Shown piece after piece: positions 4,831 to 14,400 of a stretch of DNA of 20,000 nt. This stretch comes from an uncultured virus (IMG/VR IMGVR_UViG_3300020042_006808) (Duplodnaviria; Heunggongvirae; Uroviricota; Caudoviricetes; Crassvirales), in IMG/VR virus record IMGVR_UViG_3300020042_006808; one strand, 5' to 3'. Position numbers and translations under genes: made by a program. Each line of letters starts with the position of its first letter. Within the stretch, counting starts at the first letter, position 1. Under the pieces are notes generated by a model. That model saw only the letters and a program-made list of their open reading frames with translations, was not told where the DNA came from and searched no databases.

Positions 4831-7239
4831 ATGACACAAGACATAACCATCTTTAAAAGTATCAAAGATACTGACACTCCGTTCTTCAGGGACGTGAGGG
4901 TAATCCTTAACAGAATCAAGGAAGGCTCAGAAACAACTAGGGATTTGGTCAAGCGAATTCGCTCGGAGAAAAATAAACCTGAGCGGCAAGAACTCAAGAA
5001 GTTATTACCAGCAATATGCTTCAGTGGTACATTCAACAAAAGAACAGACGCATCCCTGATACAGCACTCAGGTTTGATATGCCTAGACTTTGATGGATAC
5101 AGCAAACAGAAGGAGCTACTACAGGACAAGGAGAACCTGACCAAGAACAAGTACGTGTTCTCGGTGTTTATCTCTCCCTCTGGAAATGGTCTAAAGGTAT
5201 TGGTAAAGATTCCTGCCGATGCAGAGAACCATACCAACTACTTCAACAGCCTAGAGAAATACTTTAACAGCCCGTACTTCGACAAGACTAGCAAGAACAT
5301 CTCTCGTGTATGCTACGAGTCTTACGACCCGCTCCTGCACATCAACGAGAACAGCAGTATATGGGACTTGATTGAGGAGCCTGAGTACACAGAGGTAAGC
5401 AAGACAAGAGACCAGCCTACTATCCCAATCACGGACGAGAATAAGATTGTGGACATACTTATTAAGTGGTGGACAAAGAAGTACCCTATGAGTGAGGGAC
5501 AGCGCAATCAGAACTGCTACGTTCTATCCATGGCCTTCAATGACTTTGGCATCAACAAGGGACTGGCATCCTATGTATTGAATCAGTACGCCTCTGAGGA
5601 CTTCTCAACCAGTGAGATTTCTACAACGATTGACTCAGCATACAAGCACACCGCAAACTTTGGTACCAAGTACTATGAGGACGAGGAGCGGATAAATAAC
5701 ATCAGAGCCAAACTCAGACGTGGTGTATCAAAAAAAGAGATTCGCATCCAACTGCAAGACTCCCACTTGGACAGCGATATAATCGAATCTGTACTCAATA
5801 AGGTAGAAGAAGAGAACTCAAAGCAAACCTTTTGGGACAGAAACGATAAGGGAGTAGTAAAGATAATTCACATTCAGTTCAAGCAGTTCCTTGAGGACAA
5901 TGGGTTCTATAAGTTCTGCCCTGAGGGAGGAAAGAACTATGTGTTTGTAAAGGTCACCAACAACTTGATTGACCACACATCTGACAAAGAGATTAAGGAC
6001 TTCGTATTGAGTCACCTGCTGGAGCTGGATGATATTGGCGTATACAATTACTTTGCAGACCAAACTAGATTCTTTAAGGAGGAGTTCCTCTCTTTACTTT
6101 CTACGATTGATATTTACTTCATTGGAGATTCTAAAGATGAATCATACCTATACTATAAGAACTGTGCTATAAGAATTACAAAGGATGGAGTTTCACTATT
6201 GGACTACATTGACCTTGGCGGTTACGTTTGGAAAGACCACGTGATTGACAGGACCTTTGTAAAGTGTAGCGTGTCTGAGTCGTTTGATTTCAAAAAGTTT
6301 GTCAGCAACATAAATGGTGGTGACGAAGGAAGGATTCAATCAATGGAGAGTACGATAGGCTTCTTGCTTCATGGATATAAGAACCTTGGCTTCTGTCCTG
6401 CGGTGATATTAAACGATGAGGTAATTAGCGACAACCCTGAGGGAGGCACAGGAAAGGGATTGATTATGAACGCCCTGAGCAAGATGAAAAAGCTAGTGGT
6501 GATAGATGGTAAGTCATTTGCGTTTGAGCGTAGCTTCGCCTATCAGCTGGTGTCAGCAGACACTCAGATACTTTGCTTCGATGATGTGAGAAAGCACTTT
6601 GACTTTGAGAGGCTATTCAGTGTCATTACTGAGGGATTGACCTTAGAGAAGAAGAACAAGGATGCCATTAAGATTCCGTTCGCTAAGTCTCCAAAGATTG
6701 CCCTGACAACTAACTATGCCATCAAGGGGGCCGGCAACTCATTCGCAAGACGTAAGTGGGAGCTAGAGTTACACCAATACTACAGCAAGGAGTTTACGCC
6801 ACAGGATGAGTTCGGTAGACTTATGTTTGGGGACTGGAACGATGACGACTGGTGTGAGTTTGACAACTACATGATTGGATGTTTAAAGTCTTACCTGAGA
6901 ACAGGATTAGTGAAAAGCAAATTCGTTAACTTGAAAATACGTCAGCTGTCAGCAGAGTCATCCCATGAGTTTATCGAGTGGTGTGGATTGGTTGACCGTG
7001 CAGAGCGTAACGTGATGCTACAGGTTGACACTAGGCTGTACAAGAACGAGCTGTACTCTAACTTCGTGGAGGAGTACCCTGACTATGGACCGAGAGGAAG
7101 GATGAGTATCAGCAGGACTAAGTTCTACAAGTGGCTAATTGCTTATGCAATTTACAAGGAAGGGACGATGCCTGAGGAAGACAGAGACCAACAGGGGAGA
7201 TGGATAATTATTAAAAGCAAAAAAGAAGATGAAGACTAA
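4831..7239 (+). CDS. Primase-helicase (VirE_N/BT4734-like AEP primase + PriCT + SF3/D5-like helicase)
   Basis: LPAICFSGTF, GLICLDFDG (DxD), SPSGNGLK and DKTSKNISRVCY are AEP motifs; EGQRN is PriCT-like; Walker A GGTGKG, Walker B ILCFDD, motif C LTTN, then ARR. Confidence 0.88.
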   Translation: MTQDITIFKSIKDTDTPFFRDVRVILNRIKEGSETTRDLVKRIRSEKNKPERQELKKLLPAICFSGTFNKRTDASLIQHSGLICLDFDGYSKQKELLQDKENLTKNKYVFSVFISPSGNGLKVLVKIPADAENHTNYFNSLEKYFNSPYFDKTSKNISRVCYESYDPLLHINENSSIWDLIEEPEYTEVSKTRDQPTIPITDENKIVDILIKWWTKKYPMSEGQRNQNCYVLSMAFNDFGINKGLASYVLNQYASEDFSTSEISTTIDSAYKHTANFGTKYYEDEERINNIRAKLRRGVSKKEIRIQLQDSHLDSDIIESVLNKVEEENSKQTFWDRNDKGVVKIIHIQFKQFLEDNGFYKFCPEGGKNYVFVKVTNNLIDHTSDKEIKDFVLSHLLELDDIGVYNYFADQTRFFKEEFLSLLSTIDIYFIGDSKDESYLYYKNCAIRITKDGVSLLDYIDLGGYVWKDHVIDRTFVKCSVSESFDFKKFVSNINGGDEGRIQSMESTIGFLLHGYKNLGFCPAVILNDEVISDNPEGGTGKGLIMNALSKMKKLVVIDGKSFAFERSFAYQLVSADTQILCFDDVRKHFDFERLFSVITEGLTLEKKNKDAIKIPFAKSPKIALTTNYAIKGAGNSFARRKWELELHQYYSKEFTPQDEFGRLMFGDWNDDDWCEFDNYMIGCLKSYLRTGLVKSKFVNLKIRQLSAESSHEFIEWCGLVDRAERNVMLQVDTRLYKNELYSNFVEEYPDYGPRGRMSISRTKFYKWLIAYAIYKEGTMPEEDRDQQGRWIIIKSKKEDED

Positions 7240-7396
7240 TGTAATCATTTGGAACTACGTGTTCCATTTCAATGAGTATACCAACAAGTGGTACGCAGTA
7301 CATAGGGACAATTACTTAGACTATTGGAGCGATAATAAGGACGGCTTCCTTAGTGACGAGAGCCTAGATGAATTGATTAAGAAGATAAAAAAATGA
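7229..7396 (+). CDS. Hypothetical aromatic-rich protein (55 aa; not in ORF track)
   Basis: Manual translation MKTNVIIWNYVFHFNEYTNKWYAVHRDNYLDYWSDNKDGFLSDESLDELIKKIKK. Overlaps the primase stop and ends in an ATGA overlap with the helicase start. Confidence 0.7.
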   Translation: MKTNVIIWNYVFHFNEYTNKWYAVHRDNYLDYWSDNKDGFLSDESLDELIKKIKK

Positions 7397-8856
7397 CTCA
7401 AGTTGTGGCAAGAATACCTGCATATAGTAACGATTCAATGTTGCACTATTGTGAAACTCTTCTGTCAATACTTTCTCAGAGCTACGACACTAAGGTTGGC
7501 AGAGGCAAGAAGGCAGATGTGATTAAGGAATTCAAGCATAAGCAAGACCAAGATGTCATTGATAGGTTAATCAATAGCATAGAACACTATGAAAAATTAA
7601 ATCAAATGGAAAATAAAGAAGGAGTAACCTTCAGGGACTATCAGACAGACATAATCGAGACTGGCTCCAAGATATTGATGGAGCATGGGTTCCTGTACCT
7701 TGCCATGGAGGTGCGTACAGGAAAGACCCTGACGAGTCTAGGTATTTGTGATAGGATACACGCAGAACGTGTGCTATTCATTACCAAGAAGAAAGCAATC
7801 AGCACAATTGAGGCAGACTATAAGCTACTCAGTCCATCATTTACAATTACAGTAATCAATTACGAGAGTCTACACTTGGTGATGGACAACGAGAAGTGGG
7901 ACCTTATTGTCTGCGATGAAGCACACAGCATGGGTGCTTTCCCAAAGCCCAGCAACAGAGCAGACTTGGTAGCTGATTTAATTCTAGCTAATAATCCAAA
8001 AGTAATATTGATGTCAGGAACACCAACACCTGAGAGCTACTCACAGATGTATCATCAGGTGTGGGCTATACGAAACAGTCCGTTCTTTGAGTACGCAAAT
8101 TTCTACAGATTTTGCGACAAGTATGTGAACGTAAAGCAGAGGATGATTAATGGGAGACTGATGAATGACTACAGCCATGGACTAGAGGCCATCATCGAGG
8201 AGATGAAACCATATACAATTAAGTACACGCAATCAGAAGCTGGATTTAAGTCTAAAGTAAAAGAAGAAATCCTTTATGTTACTATGAAAGACTCAACCTA
8301 CAGCATGATTAAGAGACTCAAGCGAGACCTAGTAATCGAGGGCAAGGAGGAGACCATACTTGCAGACACTCCTGTGAAGTTGATGATGAAGGTGCATCAG
8401 TTATGCAGTGGAACAGTTAAGTTTGAGAGTGGCAACAGCATGGTGATTGATACCACCAAGGCAGAGTTTATTAAACAAAAATTTCAAGGAAGTAAGATAG
8501 GAATATTCTATAAATTTAAGGAAGAGTACAACGCCTTGAAGCAAGTCTTTGGAGATGAGTTGACTAACGAGCTAAGTGTCTTTGATGACACCAAAAAAAA
8601 CATAGCTCTGCAGATTGTATCTGGAAGAGAGGGTATATCTTTACGAGACGCTGCCTTCTTAGTCTACTACAACATTGACTTCAGTGCTACGAGTTATTGG
8701 CAGAGCAAGGACAGGATGACAACCAAGGACAGGCTAGAGAATCAAGTCTACTGGGTGTTCTCAGAAGAAGGTATTGAACAGGACATATACAAAGCAGTAT
8801 CAAACAAGAAGGACTACACGCTTAATCACTTTAAAAAGAACTTATTTGACTTATGA
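7393..8856 (+). CDS. Superfamily 2 (SNF2-like) DEAH helicase
   Basis: FRDYQ (Q motif), MEVRTGKT (I), DEAH (II), SGTP (III), SGREGISL (V), QSKDR (VI). Confidence 0.88.
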   Translation: MTQVVARIPAYSNDSMLHYCETLLSILSQSYDTKVGRGKKADVIKEFKHKQDQDVIDRLINSIEHYEKLNQMENKEGVTFRDYQTDIIETGSKILMEHGFLYLAMEVRTGKTLTSLGICDRIHAERVLFITKKKAISTIEADYKLLSPSFTITVINYESLHLVMDNEKWDLIVCDEAHSMGAFPKPSNRADLVADLILANNPKVILMSGTPTPESYSQMYHQVWAIRNSPFFEYANFYRFCDKYVNVKQRMINGRLMNDYSHGLEAIIEEMKPYTIKYTQSEAGFKSKVKEEILYVTMKDSTYSMIKRLKRDLVIEGKEETILADTPVKLMMKVHQLCSGTVKFESGNSMVIDTTKAEFIKQKFQGSKIGIFYKFKEEYNALKQVFGDELTNELSVFDDTKKNIALQIVSGREGISLRDAAFLVYYNIDFSATSYWQSKDRMTTKDRLENQVYWVFSEEGIEQDIYKAVSNKKDYTLNHFKKNLFDL

Positions 8857-9113
8857 AACAGACAGCAGTAGATTGGGCATTTAACCAACTTGATAAACAG
8901 GTTTATAAAGTTGACTATGAAACGAGAAGGATTAGTATCTCAATATCATTTGAAGATATGATGACAATTAAACGAGAAGCTAAAGAGATGGAGAAGGAGC
9001 AGATGCTTAATTTTTATATGTGGATGAGGATGAATGAAAAAGCAGAAGAATATTTAGATTATACAGATGATGATATGTTTGAAGAATATTTAAAACAAGA
9101 AAAAGATGCCTGA
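8853..9113 (+). CDS. Hypothetical phage protein (MKQTAV...AKEMEKEQ type)
   Basis: ATGA-coupled ORF in the gene run. Confidence 0.75.
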   Translation: MKQTAVDWAFNQLDKQVYKVDYETRRISISISFEDMMTIKREAKEMEKEQMLNFYMWMRMNEKAEEYLDYTDDDMFEEYLKQEKDA

Positions 9114-9318
9114 TATTACAATGTGCCCGGGGACAGATTGTCCCCAGAAAGAAAAATGCTATAGGTTTACAGCAAAACCTGATGAGTATTGGCAATCATA
9201 CTTCATAGACTCACCAATCAAGGATGGTAAGTGTGAGATGTATTGGGGAGAAAACGCTGAAAGTGTTTGGAATCAACTAAAAGATATAATGAAAGATGAA
9301 AGCGAAACTAACATTTGA
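9106..9318 (+). CDS. Small Cys-rich hypothetical protein (possible metal binding)
   Basis: C-x4-C-x5-C plus a distal Cys (DITMCPGTDCPQKEKCYRF...KCEMYW). Confidence 0.75.
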   Translation: MPDITMCPGTDCPQKEKCYRFTAKPDEYWQSYFIDSPIKDGKCEMYWGENAESVWNQLKDIMKDESETNI

Positions 9319-9517
9319 TTTACCAGAGGAGAGCCACGAGTGGAAGAACGCCATCGATGGTTCGTCAATGCGCTCAACCCTATGGGAGTACGACCAATGG
9401 CTACGCAGCAAGATAAAGTATGAGGACCTGAACGATGAGCAGTATCAGGTGTACCAAGGGTGTCGAGACAAAATGAGAACATTACTGATTGAGAACAACA
9501 TAGATATAGACAGCTAA
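9296..9517 (+). CDS. Hypothetical phage protein (MKAKLTFDLPEE type)
   Basis: Overlapping colinear ORF. Confidence 0.75.
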   Translation: MKAKLTFDLPEESHEWKNAIDGSSMRSTLWEYDQWLRSKIKYEDLNDEQYQVYQGCRDKMRTLLIENNIDIDS

Positions 9518-9518
9518 C

Positions 9519-9752
9519 ATGGAATTTTACCTAAGAGAACAAGCCAAAAGACTATTCTATAGCAGGGATATTCCTGTTAATTCAATAGGAGTATTCCAAT
9601 CTCACGTTGGTGAGTGGTTGTATTGGTCATGCGATGAGCACGTGTATGACACAGGTTTTGCCGACACAGAGGCAGAAGCCTTACAAAAAGCTAAGGCACG
9701 CATCACATTAATTGATACAATAAAAAATAATGAAATACTCAGGGAGCTTTAA
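9519..9752 (+). CDS. Hypothetical phage protein (77 aa)
   Basis: Starts 1 nt after the previous stop. Confidence 0.7.
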   Translation: MEFYLREQAKRLFYSRDIPVNSIGVFQSHVGEWLYWSCDEHVYDTGFADTEAEALQKAKARITLIDTIKNNEILREL

Positions 9753-10092
9753 GCACGACCTAAAGTTCGGGGAACTAGCAGAAGATTGGGCTCAGAAATT
9801 ATTCACAGGAGAATTTAAAGTTGAAGTAAAGCTGGACTCAATGGCTCATACTACAGGGAATGTCTTCATCGAGTACTCTTCTAGAGGTAAACCATCAGGG
9901 ATAGCAGTAACAGATGCCGATTACTACTTGTACATAATAGCCGAGTTCAACCACGCTATCATATTAAACGTAGAGAATCTAAAGGAAAGGCTCAGGTATT
10001 ACCACAAGCACAAGATGTACATAAGAAAAGGAGGGGACGATGATACCTCAGTTGGCTTCTTAGTCCCTATACAAGAACTGTTAACGGTATGA
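9730..10092 (+). CDS. PD-(D/E)XK restriction-endonuclease-like protein
   Basis: DLKFGELAE...VEVKLD...TGNVFIEY...SGIAVTDADY pattern of small phage PD-(D/E)XK proteins. Confidence 0.65.
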   Translation: MKYSGSFKHDLKFGELAEDWAQKLFTGEFKVEVKLDSMAHTTGNVFIEYSSRGKPSGIAVTDADYYLYIIAEFNHAIILNVENLKERLRYYHKHKMYIRKGGDDDTSVGFLVPIQELLTV

Positions 10093-10349
10093 CCGAGCAA
10101 CAGATACAATCAAAGCTAATCAAAGAACTAGAGGGTAAGGGATACTATGTTATCAAGTTGATTAGCACCAACAAGAACGGAATACCAGACCTAATCGCTA
10201 TACCAAGAGACTCAGGTGTTGAGTTCTACGAAGTGAAAAGACCCAATGGTAAGGTGTCAAAGCTACAGGAGTACAGATTAAAAGAGCTACGTGCTCACGG
10301 AATTAAAGTTGAAATATATAAAGGAATCGAATCAAATGATATTACATAA
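10089..10349 (+). CDS. VRR-NUC domain nuclease (putative Holliday junction resolvase)
   Basis: TEQQIQ...GIPDL...FYEVKRPNGKVSKLQ, the classic VRR-NUC motifs. Confidence 0.88.
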   Translation: MTEQQIQSKLIKELEGKGYYVIKLISTNKNGIPDLIAIPRDSGVEFYEVKRPNGKVSKLQEYRLKELRAHGIKVEIYKGIESNDIT

Positions 10350-10857
10350 GCACACCAAGATGGAGACTCTGTCTCAGATAGTAAACAGAGAATTTGAAGC
10401 AAACATATTTAATTATTCAAAAAAACAAAACAACGTAAACGCAAGGAAAGTGTTTTGTAAAATACTAAGTGACATTGGATTCTCATGGGAAGATATCTGT
10501 GGCTTTATGAAAAAAAGTTATGGGGTTTATATGTACTACATGAGGGACGTGGAAAACCTTTTGAAGCACAACCCTAAAGTGAAAGAAAAATACATTGAGT
10601 GTAAAGATTTATTCTTCTTAACAATAAAAGAAGTTGTACAGGAACTATATGAGTATGTTCCTAGCAGAAGTTCAAAGATGGACTACTCTGTTTGGGACAG
10701 AAATAGTTTAGAGAAAGTTGAAGACAAGTACGACAGAGTAAGAAAGATTATCGAACTTGTTGACATCAACACTCCATTAGGTGAAGAGAATTTAGTATTT
10801 AAAAAACTAGTCCACGTGTTTGAAACTATGTCAGACAATGGAAATAAAACGAGATAG
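10336..10857 (+). CDS. Divergent DnaA domain IV-like HTH protein
   Basis: SKKQNNVNARKVFCKIL...FSWEDICGFMKKSYGVYMYY parallels DnaA domain IV but the recognition helix is altered. Start revised to ATG 10336 (10360 also possible) to avoid a long overlap with VRR-NUC. Confidence 0.55.
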   Translation: MILHKHTKMETLSQIVNREFEANIFNYSKKQNNVNARKVFCKILSDIGFSWEDICGFMKKSYGVYMYYMRDVENLLKHNPKVKEKYIECKDLFFLTIKEVVQELYEYVPSRSSKMDYSVWDRNSLEKVEDKYDRVRKIIELVDINTPLGEENLVFKKLVHVFETMSDNGNKTR

Positions 10858-11032
10858 AGAAAATGCTAGGGCAAATAGAATTGCCTCACGGGTTGGGTTA
10901 AACCACTGCCTGTTGGCTAGTATTTATGAGAATGTAGTAGACAGGGACTTCAAGAAAGCGGAGGTAGAGCTGAAAGAACTTATCTACGATTTAAGACTAA
11001 TGTTAAAATCAATTGAGGAAGATGATTTTTGA
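10838..11032 (+). CDS. Hypothetical helical protein (64 aa)
   Basis: Colinear ORF; ATG at 10838 (ACAATG) preferred over the track's TTG start. Confidence 0.65.
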   Translation: MEIKRDRENARANRIASRVGLNHCLLASIYENVVDRDFKKAEVELKELIYDLRLMLKSIEEDDF

Positions 11033-11420
11033 AACGGACACAGATATTTTAAGGGAAAAGAAAGCAATTGATTTGTTCGTAAGTATTTTTGGAGGGTCAT
11101 ATAAAAAGCTGGACCCTCAGGACGTTGACTACAAGTTGTCCGATAATAGAGGACAACTGATTGCATACGTTGAAGTGGTCGCAAGGATTAGGAGCATGAA
11201 GACATCATACCCTCTGCCAATAACTTTGAGCAAGCTAAACAAGCTCATAGAGAAGCGACTCAATCCTGTGATTGTGTGGGCCTGTGACGATGGCATCATC
11301 TACGCTGAAGCAACCAAGCTAGAGGGAGCAATAAAGTGGGGAGTTGCTCCTCCCCTTAATGATGAGATGATGGTCTACTACGATAAGCAGAAGACTATGA
11401 AGTACGTGAGGTACGTTTAA
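11022..11420 (+). CDS. PD-(D/E)XK-fold protein, possibly catalytically degenerate
   Basis: E...DVDYKL...AYVEVVAR pattern with V at the expected Lys of ExK. ATG at 11022 preferred over TTG at 11013. Confidence 0.55.
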   Translation: MIFETDTDILREKKAIDLFVSIFGGSYKKLDPQDVDYKLSDNRGQLIAYVEVVARIRSMKTSYPLPITLSKLNKLIEKRLNPVIVWACDDGIIYAEATKLEGAIKWGVAPPLNDEMMVYYDKQKTMKYVRYV

Positions 11421-14400
11421 TTTTTCTTTTTATATCCGTACTCCTTGTCTTCTCTCTGTCTAGTTATTCTAGTAAGTTTTTTTCTAACAGCATCTTCTGC
11501 CTTATACTTTTCATCCCATTCAGAGCCACGTCCAAATCTCTTTATGTAAAGACTTTTGTTATATCTCTCCATCTCAGTTTCATTGTCATATCTTACTTCA
11601 TTATCTGAGTCGTACAACAATATTTTTTTCTGCTCTTCTTTTCTTTTATTATAATTAGTTACCGAATCTTTCTGTTCGTCAGTGCCATTTATTTGAATTA
11701 TTTTTCTTCTGATAACTTTCAACTGTTCCTCATCAATTGTTATATCTTTAACTGCTCGAAGGTCTTCTAGATTTTCTCTTTTTTCCATTAAAGAAGCAGG
11801 AGATTCAGCAGCTTCAGTAGCTTTAGTTTTGACTTTTGCATTTTTTAAGTCTGCATAGATTGATTTGTTTACAGCCCTCCTGATGTCTTTATATAAAGGA
11901 ATAAATGATAAGTTACCTAGAATCTCTAAAGGTATTCTCTGTGTTACTACTCTTTTCTCCCGCTCTATAGCATCGGCTTCTTTCTTGGTAGTACCTCCTG
12001 ATAGTACAGCTTGTATTGAGCCTGACAATAAGTTTTCACCTACAAGTTTTCCTGTTTGAAGAGCAGGTCCAAAAGAACCTCCTAGTCTAAATAAGAAGTC
12101 ATCTAAGGTTGACTTATCTTCTTTACTTCTTGGAATGATTGAGTACGCTATTGCGTCTTCATATTGGTCATACTCTCCCTCTCTAAGGAATTCAAGGTAC
12201 TCTTCATTAAAGTATTCAAGACCCAAGTTAGTAACCATTTTTACTGTGTTACCAAAGTCTCTGCCAAAGAACAAGGACCCAACTGTACCTGTGATTGCCT
12301 GACCTACACTTTGAAGGAATGATTTTTCCTCCTCTTCTTCCTCATCCTCTATTCCAAACAATGGAGCAGCCAATCCTATTATGCCATCTGCAAGTGCCCT
12401 GCTTAGCATACTATACACAGTCATACGTGTTGCAACTGCTGCCAACAACATAGCTCCTTTAGTCCTACTCATAGGTCCATCTCCAACCATAGCGTGAATT
12501 CCAGTCCTAGCACTCATGAATTCAAATATCAAGAACCTAGTCATGTAATTATTAAAGTTGTTATAAGCCTTAGTCATTGGAGTTTGATTTGGCCTAGAAA
12601 CACCTTTAAGAATACCCATGAATGAGTTGTCTGTAGCTCCTGCCTGAACAGATGTTTGGTCTGCCGTTGCTCTTGCTTTATCAATGGCATCTTTGTTTTC
12701 TTTTAAATACGCCTCGTTGTTCTCTCCGATTAATTTGAAGTCAACATCTTTACCTGATGCTTTTTTAAATTCATTTGCAAATGAGCCAAACCAAAGGGCT
12801 CTCATTACAACTTTATCAGGAGTTGAAATCATGTTGTCTGCTAAAACCTCAACTGCATTGGTATATTTTTTGCCACCAAGATTCCATAGCTGTTGAATCC
12901 TATTAACGATAGGACTCTTAACTCTTGAACCACCCCCAACTCTTTGTCTCATGGCGCTAGTGTCCATGAAGTTGCCTGATAGACTATCCTCTGGGAATAT
13001 TCTATTTGTCTGCGTACTAGAAATGTTCTCCAATACCAATGGCCCCAGTGGGGACATAATAATGTTAGCGTACGTAGTCCCCTTGAAGAATGACTGTGGC
13101 TCAGCAAGTATAGCAAACGATATGTTCGATGTTAATTCAGCAGCAAATCTTCCTGTGCCAGCAAGAACAGAACGGTAACCCATTCTACTTATGTAGTTTA
13201 CAAATTCATCTGTTGCCGTATTATCCATGATATTATTGATAAGCAGATTATCTACAGCCTCATTGTATGCTTTTCTAAGAGCATTTGTTACCTGTCTTTG
13301 AAGCTTGGTTACATTTTTTCTTTCATCTAAAGTTTTTTCAAGTTGATTTAATGCTATCCTTGCAGTCTTTATGGGTCCTGTAAGATTGTAGTCCAACAAT
13401 ACATACTTGGCACCACGACTTGCTGATGAGAATATATCGAAGTTTATTGGCTTAGCCCCCTTAGTTCTTTTTTCTAATGACTTAGCTTTAGTTGATGGAT
13501 TCATATTTGCATTTGCAGCATTTGTAATGTCTGTTGCAGATTGAATGTCTGCATTTTTATCATCCCCTAAGACAATAAGGTGTAAATAGTTGTCTAACCC
13601 ATCAAATACTTGACCTCTAATAATGTTGGAAGTAAATTCTGCTTTACTTCTAAGGCTTTCATTTATCTTTCTAATATCATTAATGGCATCCTTCTCAGCT
13701 TGATTGAAAGAATCATATAGCTTCTCAATACTTATCTGACCATCTCTTTGAAACATAGCACGTATATATTTCAAATTCTCCAATTCTATTTTACCATATA
13801 TCTTGGCCTTTTCTTTTTTGATGTGCTCTATAGTTTTATCTAAGTACTCAATAGCAGGATTAACTTGCTCATTGCTTTGATTTGACTCATATTCAAGTTG
13901 TCTCATATAAGTCATCATCTTCATCTTAGATAAAGATATGGACTCTTGGTTAAAAGAAAATGACTGAGCAAGCTTTTGTTCTGCTTTATTTAATATTGAA
14001 TTAATTCTTTTTAGTTCTGCTTTGTACTTGGCTTCTGCCTGAGCTGTCTTTAGAAGTAATGCATTAAAAACATCCTTGCCTTTAAAGTTTCCTAGCGCTT
14101 GGTCAATATTAAAAAGAGGAATTCTCTTTATTGCTTCAAGCAATGCGCCTTCGTTGGTAAACAAATTTTTAATTTTTCCAATTGCGTTAGATATTATTGG
14201 CGGAGTGGCCTTAGAAGAAGAATCATCAAGAACTGCCTCGTCCCTTATGCCATCTATCTTTAGAGATACTTGATAAGCATAACTAGGAAGATAGTTGTTA
14301 TTAATATTATTGATAACCTTCAATAGATTTCTTAAATCATTTAGGCCCAGCTTCATTAAGTTCTCTGCAGAAACATTTTTAAGAAGCTCAGCAAATTTTT

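Noticed and set aside
1236..11184. Minus-strand ORFs 1236-1460, 4788-5237, 5322-5507, 5818-6063, 9007-9195, 9273-9482, 10984-11184
   Set aside because: Antisense shadows of well-supported + strand genes, with no recognisable motifs.
3778..13430. Other CTGATGA hammerhead-core strings (about 3778, 9179, 13423)
   Set aside because: They lie inside coding sequence and I saw no stem II-GAAA or flanking stems.
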